IMG/VR virus record: IMGVR_UViG_3300033405_000056
Location: 1-32,015 of that record
Source of the DNA: a virus
Taxonomy: Duplodnaviria; Caudoviricetes
Length of the DNA stretch: 32,015 nt
Reading direction: 5' to 3' (one strand)
The notes under the pieces are model-generated. The model had not been told where the DNA came from and did not search any database. It saw nothing but the letters and a program-made list of their open reading frames with translations. The position numbers were made by a program, and so were the translations under genes. Below, piece by piece: positions 17,242-24,192 of this stretch (within the stretch, counting starts at the first letter, position 1; each line of letters opens with the position of its first letter).

Positions 17242-17409
17242 CTAGACAGAAAGTGAAGTACTGCCGTGGATGCTCCGATACTGTTCGCCGCGGCGGAAGG
17301 TACGCGTCTCGATTGCGGGCTCGACGAAGAGGAGCTTGCAAGCCCACTGTTCGGCATCGCTGCCGCGATCGCGCATGTAGAGCAGCTCCACCGCCGCGGC
17401 CTCGTGCAT
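17242..17409 (-). CDS. Small hypothetical protein (55 aa)
   Basis: ATG 17409 after GGAG; fills the intergenic gap. Confidence 0.4.
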   Translation of the reverse strand: MHEAAAVELLYMRDRGSDAEQWACKLLFVEPAIETRTFRRGEQYRSIHGSTSLSV

Positions 17410-17434
17410 GACCACGGCTCCGGCGTGCAGCCGG

Positions 17435-18334
17435 CTACTCGCCGGCGAAGCGGAGGCCGGTTTCGCGGGATGCCCCGTCATACTCATCGTTGACCGCCAT
17501 CGAGGCCGTAACGCGCTCGCCAGGCCTCAGCAGGCTTGCCCCGCTGCGCATTGCCCCGCCTTCGCCCGCGATCTCGCGTTGTGCCTTGTCGTAATAGGCT
17601 TCTTCCATGTCGCGGACCTGGGCGCGGCCTTCCTCCGCGAAATGCTCCATGCGCCGCTGCGCGATGTATTCCGGGATCATGCCCATGATCAAAGTCCCGA
17701 TCTTTACCGGGTCGCCGCGCTCGTCTTTCACGACTTCGTAGCCGCGGAGTCCCAGTACGTCGTTGCAGCGATCGCTGAGGAACTTGAAGCTCATCCCGGG
17801 ATGCAGCGGCCCATACTTCGCCACTACGTTGCGCATCGGGTTGATGATAAGCGGGTCGATGACATCGTCCAGCTCGATTTCTACGGTGCGTTGCGGGATC
17901 CGGAGGATGCGGTCGCGAAAGGCCTTGGCCGTCGCGTCCACGCCGAACTTCGCGATCGAGGCGCGCAGCCCTTTGCGCATGATGGGATCCGGCGCCGCCA
18001 GTTCCTTTTTCTTCAGGATCAACTCCATGAAGGCATCGGCCACGGCTTCGAGGCCGTACCTTTCGAGGCGCTCGTGGAATTCCGGACAGTTGGTCACGAT
18101 GGGATCCGGACCGTACACGACGCGCGTGGTGGTCTTGGGCGCATCGCCAAAAGACTGCTTGTCGAACTGATCGCGCAGCAGCTCGGCCGCGCTATCGAAT
18201 TTTTTCTCGGGGATTTTGAGGCCGAGGTCGATCGACTCCTCGACTTCCTTCGCGATAATCCGCTGCTGCCGCTGCTTCAACACGCGCTGGTTGAGTGCCT
18301 CGGCGGGGTCTGTCACGGGTAGTTTCTTGGCCAC
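17435..18334 (-). CDS. Head-module hypothetical protein
   Basis: Between scaffold and capsid genes; RGYEVV...GTLIMGMIP motif; AGAGGAAGG SD. Confidence 0.7.
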   Translation of the reverse strand: MAKKLPVTDPAEALNQRVLKQRQQRIIAKEVEESIDLGLKIPEKKFDSAAELLRDQFDKQSFGDAPKTTTRVVYGPDPIVTNCPEFHERLERYGLEAVADAFMELILKKKELAAPDPIMRKGLRASIAKFGVDATAKAFRDRILRIPQRTVEIELDDVIDPLIINPMRNVVAKYGPLHPGMSFKFLSDRCNDVLGLRGYEVVKDERGDPVKIGTLIMGMIPEYIAQRRMEHFAEEGRAQVRDMEEAYYDKAQREIAGEGGAMRSGASLLRPGERVTASMAVNDEYDGASRETGLRFAGE

Positions 18335-18337
18335 TTA

Positions 18338-19141
18338 TCAGTTCCTTCCTCTCGGCAGGCCGCCAAGGGCTGTGCCTTTCTTGAGCCGCGCAATGTAGGC
18401 TTCCTCGGAAATGTCCATGCCGCGGCAGATCGCTTTCTGGGCTTCGGTTAGAGTCGTGTCGTCGTCTTCCGGCTCGGCGTCCGCCGCCGGACGGTTACCG
18501 CGATCGCCGGCCTGCGCGCTGATCCGCGCCTGGCGTTTGCGTTCCGCCTCCGCGGCCTGATCGGTGGTTCGCTGGGCCGGCGTCTTGACCTTGCCGCTCT
18601 TGAATCCGTCGAGTTCAGCGCGCTCGGCCGCGATCTTCATCGCGAGCTGCTCGGGCACTCCCTCTTTCACCAGCTCGCCGTAATGGCTGGCTGTAGCCCG
18701 GAAAAACTCGCTCTGTTTGTTCGCCAGGTCCGGGTACTTGCTGAGGAGCTGGGATTCGGTGGTGAGCTGCGATGCCTTGCTGTTGGCGATCGCCGAGGCC
18801 ATCTCTTCGGCTTCGGTTCTCGTGACGTAGCCTTTCGACTTCATGTAACGGTCGAACGCCTTCGGGCCGCCGGTGGTCAGCAGGTCGAGGAGGTCGGTGT
18901 TGTCCTCGGGCTCGGGCTCCGGAGGGGCGGCCGCCGCGGCCGGAGCCGGGGGCGTTGCCTGGGCACGTTGCGCCCAGAATTCGCTCGAGTGCCGTAGCGA
19001 GGTGTTTTCGGCCTTGAGCGCGTCGATCTCGGCCTGGCGAGCAGCGAGGTCCTCCGCGGATGGCCCCGCGGCTGCCGGGGGCGCGGGAGGCGCCGCAGGC
19101 GGTGGTGTGGTGGAAACGGTGGTATCGATGATTTCGGGCAT
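18338..19141 (-). CDS. Putative capsid scaffolding protein
   Basis: Pro/Ala-rich, coiled-coil, with C-terminal LTEAQKAICRGMDISEEAY; start MPEII at 19141. Confidence 0.7.
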   Translation of the reverse strand: MPEIIDTTVSTTPPPAAPPAPPAAAGPSAEDLAARQAEIDALKAENTSLRHSSEFWAQRAQATPPAPAAAAAPPEPEPEDNTDLLDLLTTGGPKAFDRYMKSKGYVTRTEAEEMASAIANSKASQLTTESQLLSKYPDLANKQSEFFRATASHYGELVKEGVPEQLAMKIAAERAELDGFKSGKVKTPAQRTTDQAAEAERKRQARISAQAGDRGNRPAADAEPEDDDTTLTEAQKAICRGMDISEEAYIARLKKGTALGGLPRGRN

Positions 19142-19145
19142 TGGG

Positions 19146-19316
19146 TTACTTTCGTTTTGAGGAGCGCTGGACGACGGCATTGGCCTCGCGGACGGCTCGG
19201 CCTTCGTCGCCGGTGCGCTTCAGGACCGAATTGGCGACTTCGGAAAATTGCCGCTGCAGCTTCGGTGTGGTGGCTTTCTTGGTGTGGCTCTTGGCGTCAG
19301 ATGGGTCCCAGGGCAT
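19146..19316 (-). CDS. Small ChaB-like protein (56 aa)
   Basis: TAATG overlap start; MPW...RQFSEVANSVL...DEGRAVREANAVV resembles ChaB-type helical proteins. Confidence 0.5.
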   Translation of the reverse strand: MPWDPSDAKSHTKKATTPKLQRQFSEVANSVLKRTGDEGRAVREANAVVQRSSKRK

Positions 19317-19693
19317 TAGGCTCGTTTCTCCAATTGGTTTCCGTACTGAGTCCCGCGGTAGAGGTCTTTGCGCTGGTGCGTGTACGGGATCGCGCAGCGC
19401 TCGCAAAGCATCTGCTGGATGCCGTCCTTTGGGACGACGTAAATCTTCACGTCGAGCGCCCGGGGATCCGCGTTGCGCAGCTCATCCCAGCTGCGCCCGC
19501 ATTCCTGGCAGCCGCGCGGTACGGCGCCCCCAAGGAACTGCATGGCGTGGATATGCCACTCCAGGCAGTAATCGCAGATGACCTGGCCCGAGCGGAGGCG
19601 GTGAACCCTCCATTCGGGCAGTTCTTTTGAGCACCAATGACAGCGCACGCCCAACACATTTGGGAGGCGCATGACGCTGCTGGTATCGGGCAC
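19316..19693 (-). CDS. Zinc-finger protein (four CxxC motifs)
   Basis: CHWC, CDYC, CQEC and CERC; start GTG 19693 lies 8 nt after GTCGAA. Confidence 0.65.
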   Translation of the reverse strand: MPDTSSVMRLPNVLGVRCHWCSKELPEWRVHRLRSGQVICDYCLEWHIHAMQFLGGAVPRGCQECGRSWDELRNADPRALDVKIYVVPKDGIQQMLCERCAIPYTHQRKDLYRGTQYGNQLEKRA

Positions 19694-19707
19694 GCCCGCC
19701 ATTCGAC
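19691..19707 (-). promoter_or_regulatory. GTCGAA late-promoter motif
   Basis: GTCGAA-TGGCGGGC-GTG. Confidence 0.7.
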
Positions 19708-19730
19708 GCGACACGCGGCCGCGTGCGGGC

Positions 19731-19771
19731 AAAAAAACGCCAGGCCCGGCGGTTAAAGTCCGGACCTGGCG
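19731..19771 (-). terminator. Intrinsic terminator
   Basis: CGCCAGGTCCGG-10 nt-CCGGGCCTGGCG followed by TTTTTTT on the minus strand. Confidence 0.85.
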
Positions 19772-19800
19772 ACCAATCACCAGAAAAGGTTGAAGAAGCT

Positions 19801-19814
19801 GCCCGCTATTCGAC
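19801..19814 (-). promoter_or_regulatory. GTCGAA late-promoter motif with no start codon after it
   Basis: GTCGAA-TAGCGGGC-AGC. Confidence 0.55.
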
Positions 19815-20117
19815 GTGGATGGCTCCGGGGGCTTTTTTGAACGCTTCCGCGGCCTTTTGGGCGGCCTCCAGCTTCGCCCGCATCTCGTCGAGCATACGTT
19901 CCCCGATCGCGGGAATTACTTCGAGCGCTTTGGCGGCGCCCTGCGCCTGCCACATCGTGATCTGGTCGGTAGCCCGGACGCACAGGTCCACGGCACGCCT
20001 GTGCTCCTGCTCGATGCGCGCCATGATTGCCTTGTAGGCGTCGGAATCCAGTAAGGCCCGGAATTCGGTCACATCGAAATGATCGATGTGGTCGGGGGGC
20101 GAGATTTTGGTTGTCAT
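19806..20117 (-). CDS. Small protein following the portal gene
   Basis: Helical protein with a WQAQG motif; ATG lies 9 nt after GTCGAA. Confidence 0.75.
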   Translation of the reverse strand: MTTKISPPDHIDHFDVTEFRALLDSDAYKAIMARIEQEHRRAVDLCVRATDQITMWQAQGAAKALEVIPAIGERMLDEMRAKLEAAQKAAEAFKKAPGAIHVE

Positions 20118-20139
20118 GCCCCGCCATTCGACTTATCAT
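20111..20139 (+). promoter_or_regulatory. Sigma70-type promoter for the mini-CRISPR RNA
   Basis: TTGTCA (20111-20116), 17 nt, TATCAT (20134-20139). Confidence 0.7.
20115..20132 (-). promoter_or_regulatory. GTCGAA late-promoter motif
   Basis: GTCGAA-TGGCGGGGC-ATG. Confidence 0.7.
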
Positions 20140-20140
20140 G

Positions 20141-20231
20141 GGGGGCGAAGGCGAGCGGCCCCATTGAAGCATGTCCTTCACGTGCCGCACCATGTGCAGC
20201 AGATCGAATTTTTCCGCTCGCCTTTGCCCCC
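20141..20231 (+). CRISPR. Cas-less single-spacer mini-CRISPR with split type I-G-like repeat halves
   Basis: 3' repeat half GCGAGCGGCCCCATTGAAGC (20151-20170), a spacer of about 37 nt (20171-20207), then 5' repeat half TTTTTCCGCTCGC (20209-20221). Arms 20141-20158 and 20214-20231 are complementary. The spacer is homologous to portal 20545-20580. Confidence 0.75.
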
Positions 20232-22457
20232 TTACGAATTGCCGTGCAGGCTTTCATCGTGGCCGCTGTAAAGAAACGGCCCCGAAGCAACCGGGTTGCC
20301 CGGTGGCTGCGAAATCGGCCCGCGCCACAATCCGTTGGGCATCTCGACCGGCTGCGCGCCCGCGATGGCTTGCGCCGAGCGCGCGCCGCTCTGCGCGATT
20401 TGCGATGCGGCCTGTATCGCCTGCTCGATCACGGCCTGCTGAATCTTCTTCTGTTGGAGCTGCTGGATGTGTTCCTGGTAGTGCAGGATCAGTTTGGCCA
20501 GCGCTTCCGGGTCCGCATGTTGCATGTCGGCTTCGCACGATTTGATATCGCGCATGTGCCTGATCATATGTAGCAAGTCGTTGTCCATTGGGTTCACGAC
20601 AACGGTCTCGCCGTGCAACAGGTTCACCCATTCGGTCTTCGGATCCACGGACGCATCAGGCTGCGGAGGCCGCGGCACAAGCGCCTCAAATTCCGGATCC
20701 CCCAGCGCATCGTGGGCTTCGCGAGTCACTTCCCAGAGCGCTAACGGGTTATTTACGATCAACGGATTCTGCAAGTCGAGCTGGTAGCGCGCGAGGGTCT
20801 TTTCCTTGTCGGCTTCCCTCGACCAGACGGAATTCGCGAACTGCAGCCGGAAATCGTAGCGGCCGTCGCGGTCTTCGAGGGAGAGGTAGGAGCCACCCTT
20901 GGCCACGGGAAACGCGCCATCCGCGTCTTCCTCGGTCACGCGGAAGAACGTCTCGTCGTTCGAGAAGGCGTACTCGAGCTGCCAGAAATGCTGTAACACA
21001 AGCGCCATATCCTCGCGCAAGACCTTGGTGTCGAGCGAGATCCGCACGTTGCCCTCTTCGAGTAGCGACACGGTCTGTTGGGCCGTCCGCGGCGCGTTCG
21101 GCCGATCGGACTGTCTCCCCATCTGCAGATCACCCATGCCGGTGAGCTTTTCGCCGTAGGCCAGGGTGCACTGCTCTTTCCACTGCGCGATCTGTAGGTC
21201 CGTCGTGATGGTGAGCTGCTTGATGTCCGTCGCCGGATTGTCGAGCGGGATCGCCATGCCCGGCTCCATCTTGAAGGTGTCGGGATTGAAGCCGCTAGCT
21301 GGCCGATAGCCTACCGGCGGATTCATGGCGAGCTGGCCGCCCTCGGTCGCCTGGTTGTGATTGACGCGGAGCTCGTCTTCGAGATTGATGAGCATCTCGG
21401 CCATGCCCATCGACCAATACGAGCCGTCTTTGACCATCGAGGCCTCGACGAAGGGCCGCTTGTTCTTCACGGTCGGGTAGAGCGCATCGAGCGATTGCAC
21501 GCCCACGATGATGTGGAGATCCCAGAGGTACCGGACCACGAAATCCTTTTGCAACATCTCCCGCTTCTTCCAGTCCCACTCGCTGGCATCGGCCTTGCCT
21601 TTCTTCAGCGGGCGCCAGCGGCCATACCATTCCAGAACGAGCAGATTTTCGCCGGCGGAGATAGGCCGCTCGTACATGAGGCCCTCGGCTTCGTCCTGCT
21701 CGCGTTTGATCTCGTCGCCCTCGGATTCGCGCTGGATGCCGTGCTGGGCCATGTTGATGATTTGCTGCCAGTTCTTGCCGATGTTCTGGAAGCGGCCTTC
21801 CTGCTCGCCGCGCAGCAGCGCGTCCGGAGTCATCCGGCATTTGCGGATACAGAAGCTGAACTGGTGCAGTGTCTCGACTTCCTCGCACGGGACCACGAAA
21901 TCGTCCGGATAGAGCGGGAGGAAGTCCGGACCCTCGTAATCGGTGATGGTGACCGGTTCATTGGTTTCGGGCCGCGTCACTTCGAAGGTGTCGCGCAGCC
22001 AGGGCGAGTAGGCCACGCTTCGGCCGAAGAGCAGCTTGCGCAGCACGAAGGTGCAAAACCGCGACGTCAGCTTCATGGAGGTGAACAGGCGCCAGGTCAT
22101 GTACCGCGAGATCTTCTTGTCGCGTTTGAAGTCCGAGGGGCCTACCGGGACCGCCACAATTTCCGCGTCGTCGCCGAACAGCGCGTCCATCTCCTTCGAC
22201 CACTTGGTGAAAATGTTCCACTGGACATAGGGCACCGGGACGTTCGACGCGGTTTCTTCGCCCTGATTCGGCACGTCGACCATCTGGCGCCATCGGCGGT
22301 AATACTCGCGCCACTTCTCCATGCGCCGGTTGTGGTCGGCGAGGGCGTTGCGGTAGTCAGACTGGATCCGGTTCGCGATGCGGGCCAACTCAGCCGCGGG
22401 CCATTTGAGCTGGAATGAGTCGTTGGAGGTAGTGTCTAAGGCGGTTTCGTCGGCCAC
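20232..22457 (-). CDS. Portal protein
   Basis: About 740 aa after the terminase region; DFVVP, YWSMGMAE, TGMGDLQMG and PRTAQ motifs of P22/T7-type portals. Start is GTG 22457 or in-frame GTG 22508, each behind a GTCGAA motif. Confidence 0.88.
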   Translation of the reverse strand: MADETALDTTSNDSFQLKWPAAELARIANRIQSDYRNALADHNRRMEKWREYYRRWRQMVDVPNQGEETASNVPVPYVQWNIFTKWSKEMDALFGDDAEIVAVPVGPSDFKRDKKISRYMTWRLFTSMKLTSRFCTFVLRKLLFGRSVAYSPWLRDTFEVTRPETNEPVTITDYEGPDFLPLYPDDFVVPCEEVETLHQFSFCIRKCRMTPDALLRGEQEGRFQNIGKNWQQIINMAQHGIQRESEGDEIKREQDEAEGLMYERPISAGENLLVLEWYGRWRPLKKGKADASEWDWKKREMLQKDFVVRYLWDLHIIVGVQSLDALYPTVKNKRPFVEASMVKDGSYWSMGMAEMLINLEDELRVNHNQATEGGQLAMNPPVGYRPASGFNPDTFKMEPGMAIPLDNPATDIKQLTITTDLQIAQWKEQCTLAYGEKLTGMGDLQMGRQSDRPNAPRTAQQTVSLLEEGNVRISLDTKVLREDMALVLQHFWQLEYAFSNDETFFRVTEEDADGAFPVAKGGSYLSLEDRDGRYDFRLQFANSVWSREADKEKTLARYQLDLQNPLIVNNPLALWEVTREAHDALGDPEFEALVPRPPQPDASVDPKTEWVNLLHGETVVVNPMDNDLLHMIRHMRDIKSCEADMQHADPEALAKLILHYQEHIQQLQQKKIQQAVIEQAIQAASQIAQSGARSAQAIAGAQPVEMPNGLWRGPISQPPGNPVASGPFLYSGHDESLHGNS

Positions 22458-22523
22458 GCCCGCTATTCGACTGACAAGCCCCGGTCCCGCTTGCTTGTAT
22501 GTCCACACAAGCCCGTATTCGAC
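22455..22523 (-). promoter_or_regulatory. Two tandem GTCGAA motifs before the portal gene
   Basis: GTCGAA-TACGGGCTT-GTG(22508) and GTCGAA-TAGCGGGC-GTG(22457). Confidence 0.65.
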
Positions 22524-22606
22524 TCTGCGGTCACCAAGCCAAGCACCGCCGCGAGAATCACGATGAGCGTGAATCCCGCGACGTGATGAGGCGAGTAGTG
22601 GTTCAC
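22463..22606 (-). CDS. Possible 47-aa single-TM protein
   Basis: GTGA overlap start; MNHYSPHHVAGFTLIVILAAVLGLVTAESNT...SVE*. Confidence 0.4.
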   Translation of the reverse strand: MNHYSPHHVAGFTLIVILAAVLGLVTAESNTGLCGHTSKRDRGLSVE

Positions 22607-22779
22607 CGCGAGTGGCTCCAGCCCTTCGAGACTTCAGCGAAGTTGGCCTCTTCGCGTTCCTTGGCAGAACGGGAATGCAGCGCAGCTTGCAGCTTACCCG
22701 CCGGGATCGGCTCGTCCTGCGGTACGCCGAGTTTCTTGTGCAGCAGCCCCTTATTTTTTTTCTTGATGTGGATCGCCAT
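22603..22779 (-). CDS. Small basic protein (58 aa)
   Basis: MAIHIKKKNKGLLHKKLGVPQDEPIPAGKLQAALHSRSAKEREEANFAEVSKGWSHSR*; ATG 9 nt after GTCGAA; below the ORF-track cutoff. Confidence 0.75.
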   Translation of the reverse strand: MAIHIKKKNKGLLHKKLGVPQDEPIPAGKLQAALHSRSAKEREEANFAEVSKGWSHSR

Positions 22780-22794
22780 GCCGGCTAATTCGAC
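22777..22794 (-). promoter_or_regulatory. GTCGAA late-promoter motif
   Basis: GTCGAA-TTAGCCGGC-ATG. Confidence 0.7.
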
Positions 22795-23045
22795 TTCGGC
22801 GCGGTGAGCTTCATCACGATCGGCGGAACGGTGATCGTGAGGGTCCAGCCGTCCAGTCCTGCGATGGTCCGATCAATCTCGCACGAGGCGCGGTCCACGA
22901 TCTCATCCGCGGCCTTCTGCGCCGCGGCGATCGCCGGCAGCATGGCAGCGTTCAGGCGGGCAGTGATGCGGTCCACCAGCTCGTCGCCGGCGGACTGCGC
23001 TCGTGCGACCGCCTCATCTAACGTCTGTTTGCTCTCGACATCCAT
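22785..23045 (-). CDS. Hypothetical helical protein
   Basis: Tightly packed between neighbouring small ORFs. Confidence 0.6.
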   Translation of the reverse strand: MDVESKQTLDEAVARAQSAGDELVDRITARLNAAMLPAIAAAQKAADEIVDRASCEIDRTIAGLDGWTLTITVPPIVMKLTAPKSN

Positions 23046-23048
23046 GGT

Positions 23049-23207
23049 TCACTTCTTTCGATACATGAGGTAACCGCCGAACAGGATCACCAGTGCCAGG
23101 CCGATCTTGACGGCTTCTCCGCAGGGGACTAGGTTCCACTGAACCGTGGAAAGGAGGTGGGCGCACATGATGCCGCCCGCCCCGGTGGTGATGTTATCGG
23201 CGTCCAC
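23049..23207 (-). CDS. Holin-like small membrane protein (52 aa)
   Basis: MDADNITTGAGGIMCAHLLSTVQWNLVPCGEAVKIGLALVILFGGYLMYRKK*; hydrophobic segments and a basic C-terminus. Confidence 0.5.
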   Translation of the reverse strand: MDADNITTGAGGIMCAHLLSTVQWNLVPCGEAVKIGLALVILFGGYLMYRKK

Positions 23208-23208
23208 T

Positions 23209-23355
23209 TTAGGCCACGGTTGCGGGAGCGGCGGGCGCGGCAGTTTTGGGCGCGGCAGCGGCTAGTTTCTGTTGCAGGGTGCTGGCAGCGGCCGAGAGAA
23301 ACTCGGCGCTGACTTGCTCTAACAGAGCGATGAAGAATTGTTCGAGAGCGTTCAT
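23209..23355 (-). CDS. Small Ala-rich protein (48 aa)
   Basis: MNALEQFFIALLEQVSAEFLSAAASTLQQKLAAAAPKTAAPAAPATVA*; ATG 9 nt after GTCGAA. Confidence 0.65.
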   Translation of the reverse strand: MNALEQFFIALLEQVSAEFLSAAASTLQQKLAAAAPKTAAPAAPATVA

Positions 23356-23370
23356 GGCCTCGTATTCGAC
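23353..23370 (-). promoter_or_regulatory. GTCGAA late-promoter motif
   Basis: GTCGAA-TACGAGGCC-ATG. Confidence 0.7.
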
Positions 23371-23384
23371 TCACGCTGGACGAC

Positions 23385-23690
23385 TCATTCCCAAAAGCCT
23401 CCGTTGTAGCCCCAATGCTGCCTCGACGGCGTTTCTCTGTAGCCCGGAAGCGCTTTTCCGTCGCTCGCAGGCATGCGCGCGAAATTCCCAGGATCGAGAC
23501 TGGAGGCAGGTGAAAGGCGCAGGCCGACGATCTGCAGCACGTCTTCCGCGGGCCACGGCATCCTGGCATTCAGTTTGGCCTCAATCCTCGAATGGCGCCG
23601 CCTTGCCTTGCGATCGCTAGGGGCGCGAGCACGGGCGGCGCGATCGCGCTGCAGCTCTTTCTGCAGCCGCGCGTGTAAGTCGGCGCGCAT
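23385..23690 (-). CDS. Hypothetical basic protein
   Basis: Starts just after the upstream stop, on the operon strand. Confidence 0.45.
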   Translation of the reverse strand: MRADLHARLQKELQRDRAARARAPSDRKARRRHSRIEAKLNARMPWPAEDVLQIVGLRLSPASSLDPGNFARMPASDGKALPGYRETPSRQHWGYNGGFWE

Positions 23691-23693
23691 GCG

Positions 23694-24176
23694 TCAGTAG
23701 TGGAAGGCTTGCAGGATGTCGCCTGGCTGCGGGATCGCGTCCGCGGCGAAGGTGACGGTTACGCCGCTCACGGAATAGTCAACGCCGGCCGCGAGGACCA
23801 GGCCGTTGTTGGTTACCAAGACAGGAACCGCAGGCGCGATGAACACCGTATTGGCGCCGTCAATCGCTCCCGTGAGTGTGCCGGCGGTGAGCACGGGCAC
23901 TGGGGCCGGCGCCGGAACGATCGCATGGAGCACGGGCGGCGTTTTCGTGGTGTCCAGGGCGAGGGTGGCAGGATCCACAGTCGCGCACACCAACGCCGGC
24001 ATCTCGACGGTTGTAGTTGCGCCCGCGGCGATCGTGGTGACCGTAGAGGGTACGGCGACTACGACCGCTACAGTGCCCGCTGCCAATGATGCGGAGCAGT
24101 GCACCTGTTTGATGTCGACGCTGGTCTGCGCGATCGCGAGGGATGCGCCGCAGAAGAAAAGGATGAGTTTTTTCAT
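23694..24176 (-). CDS. Signal-peptide protein with a C-terminal virion-type beta domain
   Basis: MKKLILFFCGASLAIAQT start at 24176; GAIDGANTVF...NGLVLAAGVDYSVSGVTVTF..PQPGD. Confidence 0.7.
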   Translation of the reverse strand: MKKLILFFCGASLAIAQTSVDIKQVHCSASLAAGTVAVVVAVPSTVTTIAAGATTTVEMPALVCATVDPATLALDTTKTPPVLHAIVPAPAPVPVLTAGTLTGAIDGANTVFIAPAVPVLVTNNGLVLAAGVDYSVSGVTVTFAADAIPQPGDILQAFHY

Positions 24177-24190
24177 GCCCGCCATTCGAC
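24174..24190 (-). promoter_or_regulatory. GTCGAA late-promoter motif
   Basis: GTCGAA-TGGCGGGC-ATG. Confidence 0.7.
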
Positions 24191-24192
24191 GC

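Noticed and set aside
19777-20193. 138-aa ORF starting MVRHVKDMLQWG
   Set aside because: Its start lies inside the mini-CRISPR spacer, and it overlaps the better-supported 19806..20117 gene and a terminator.
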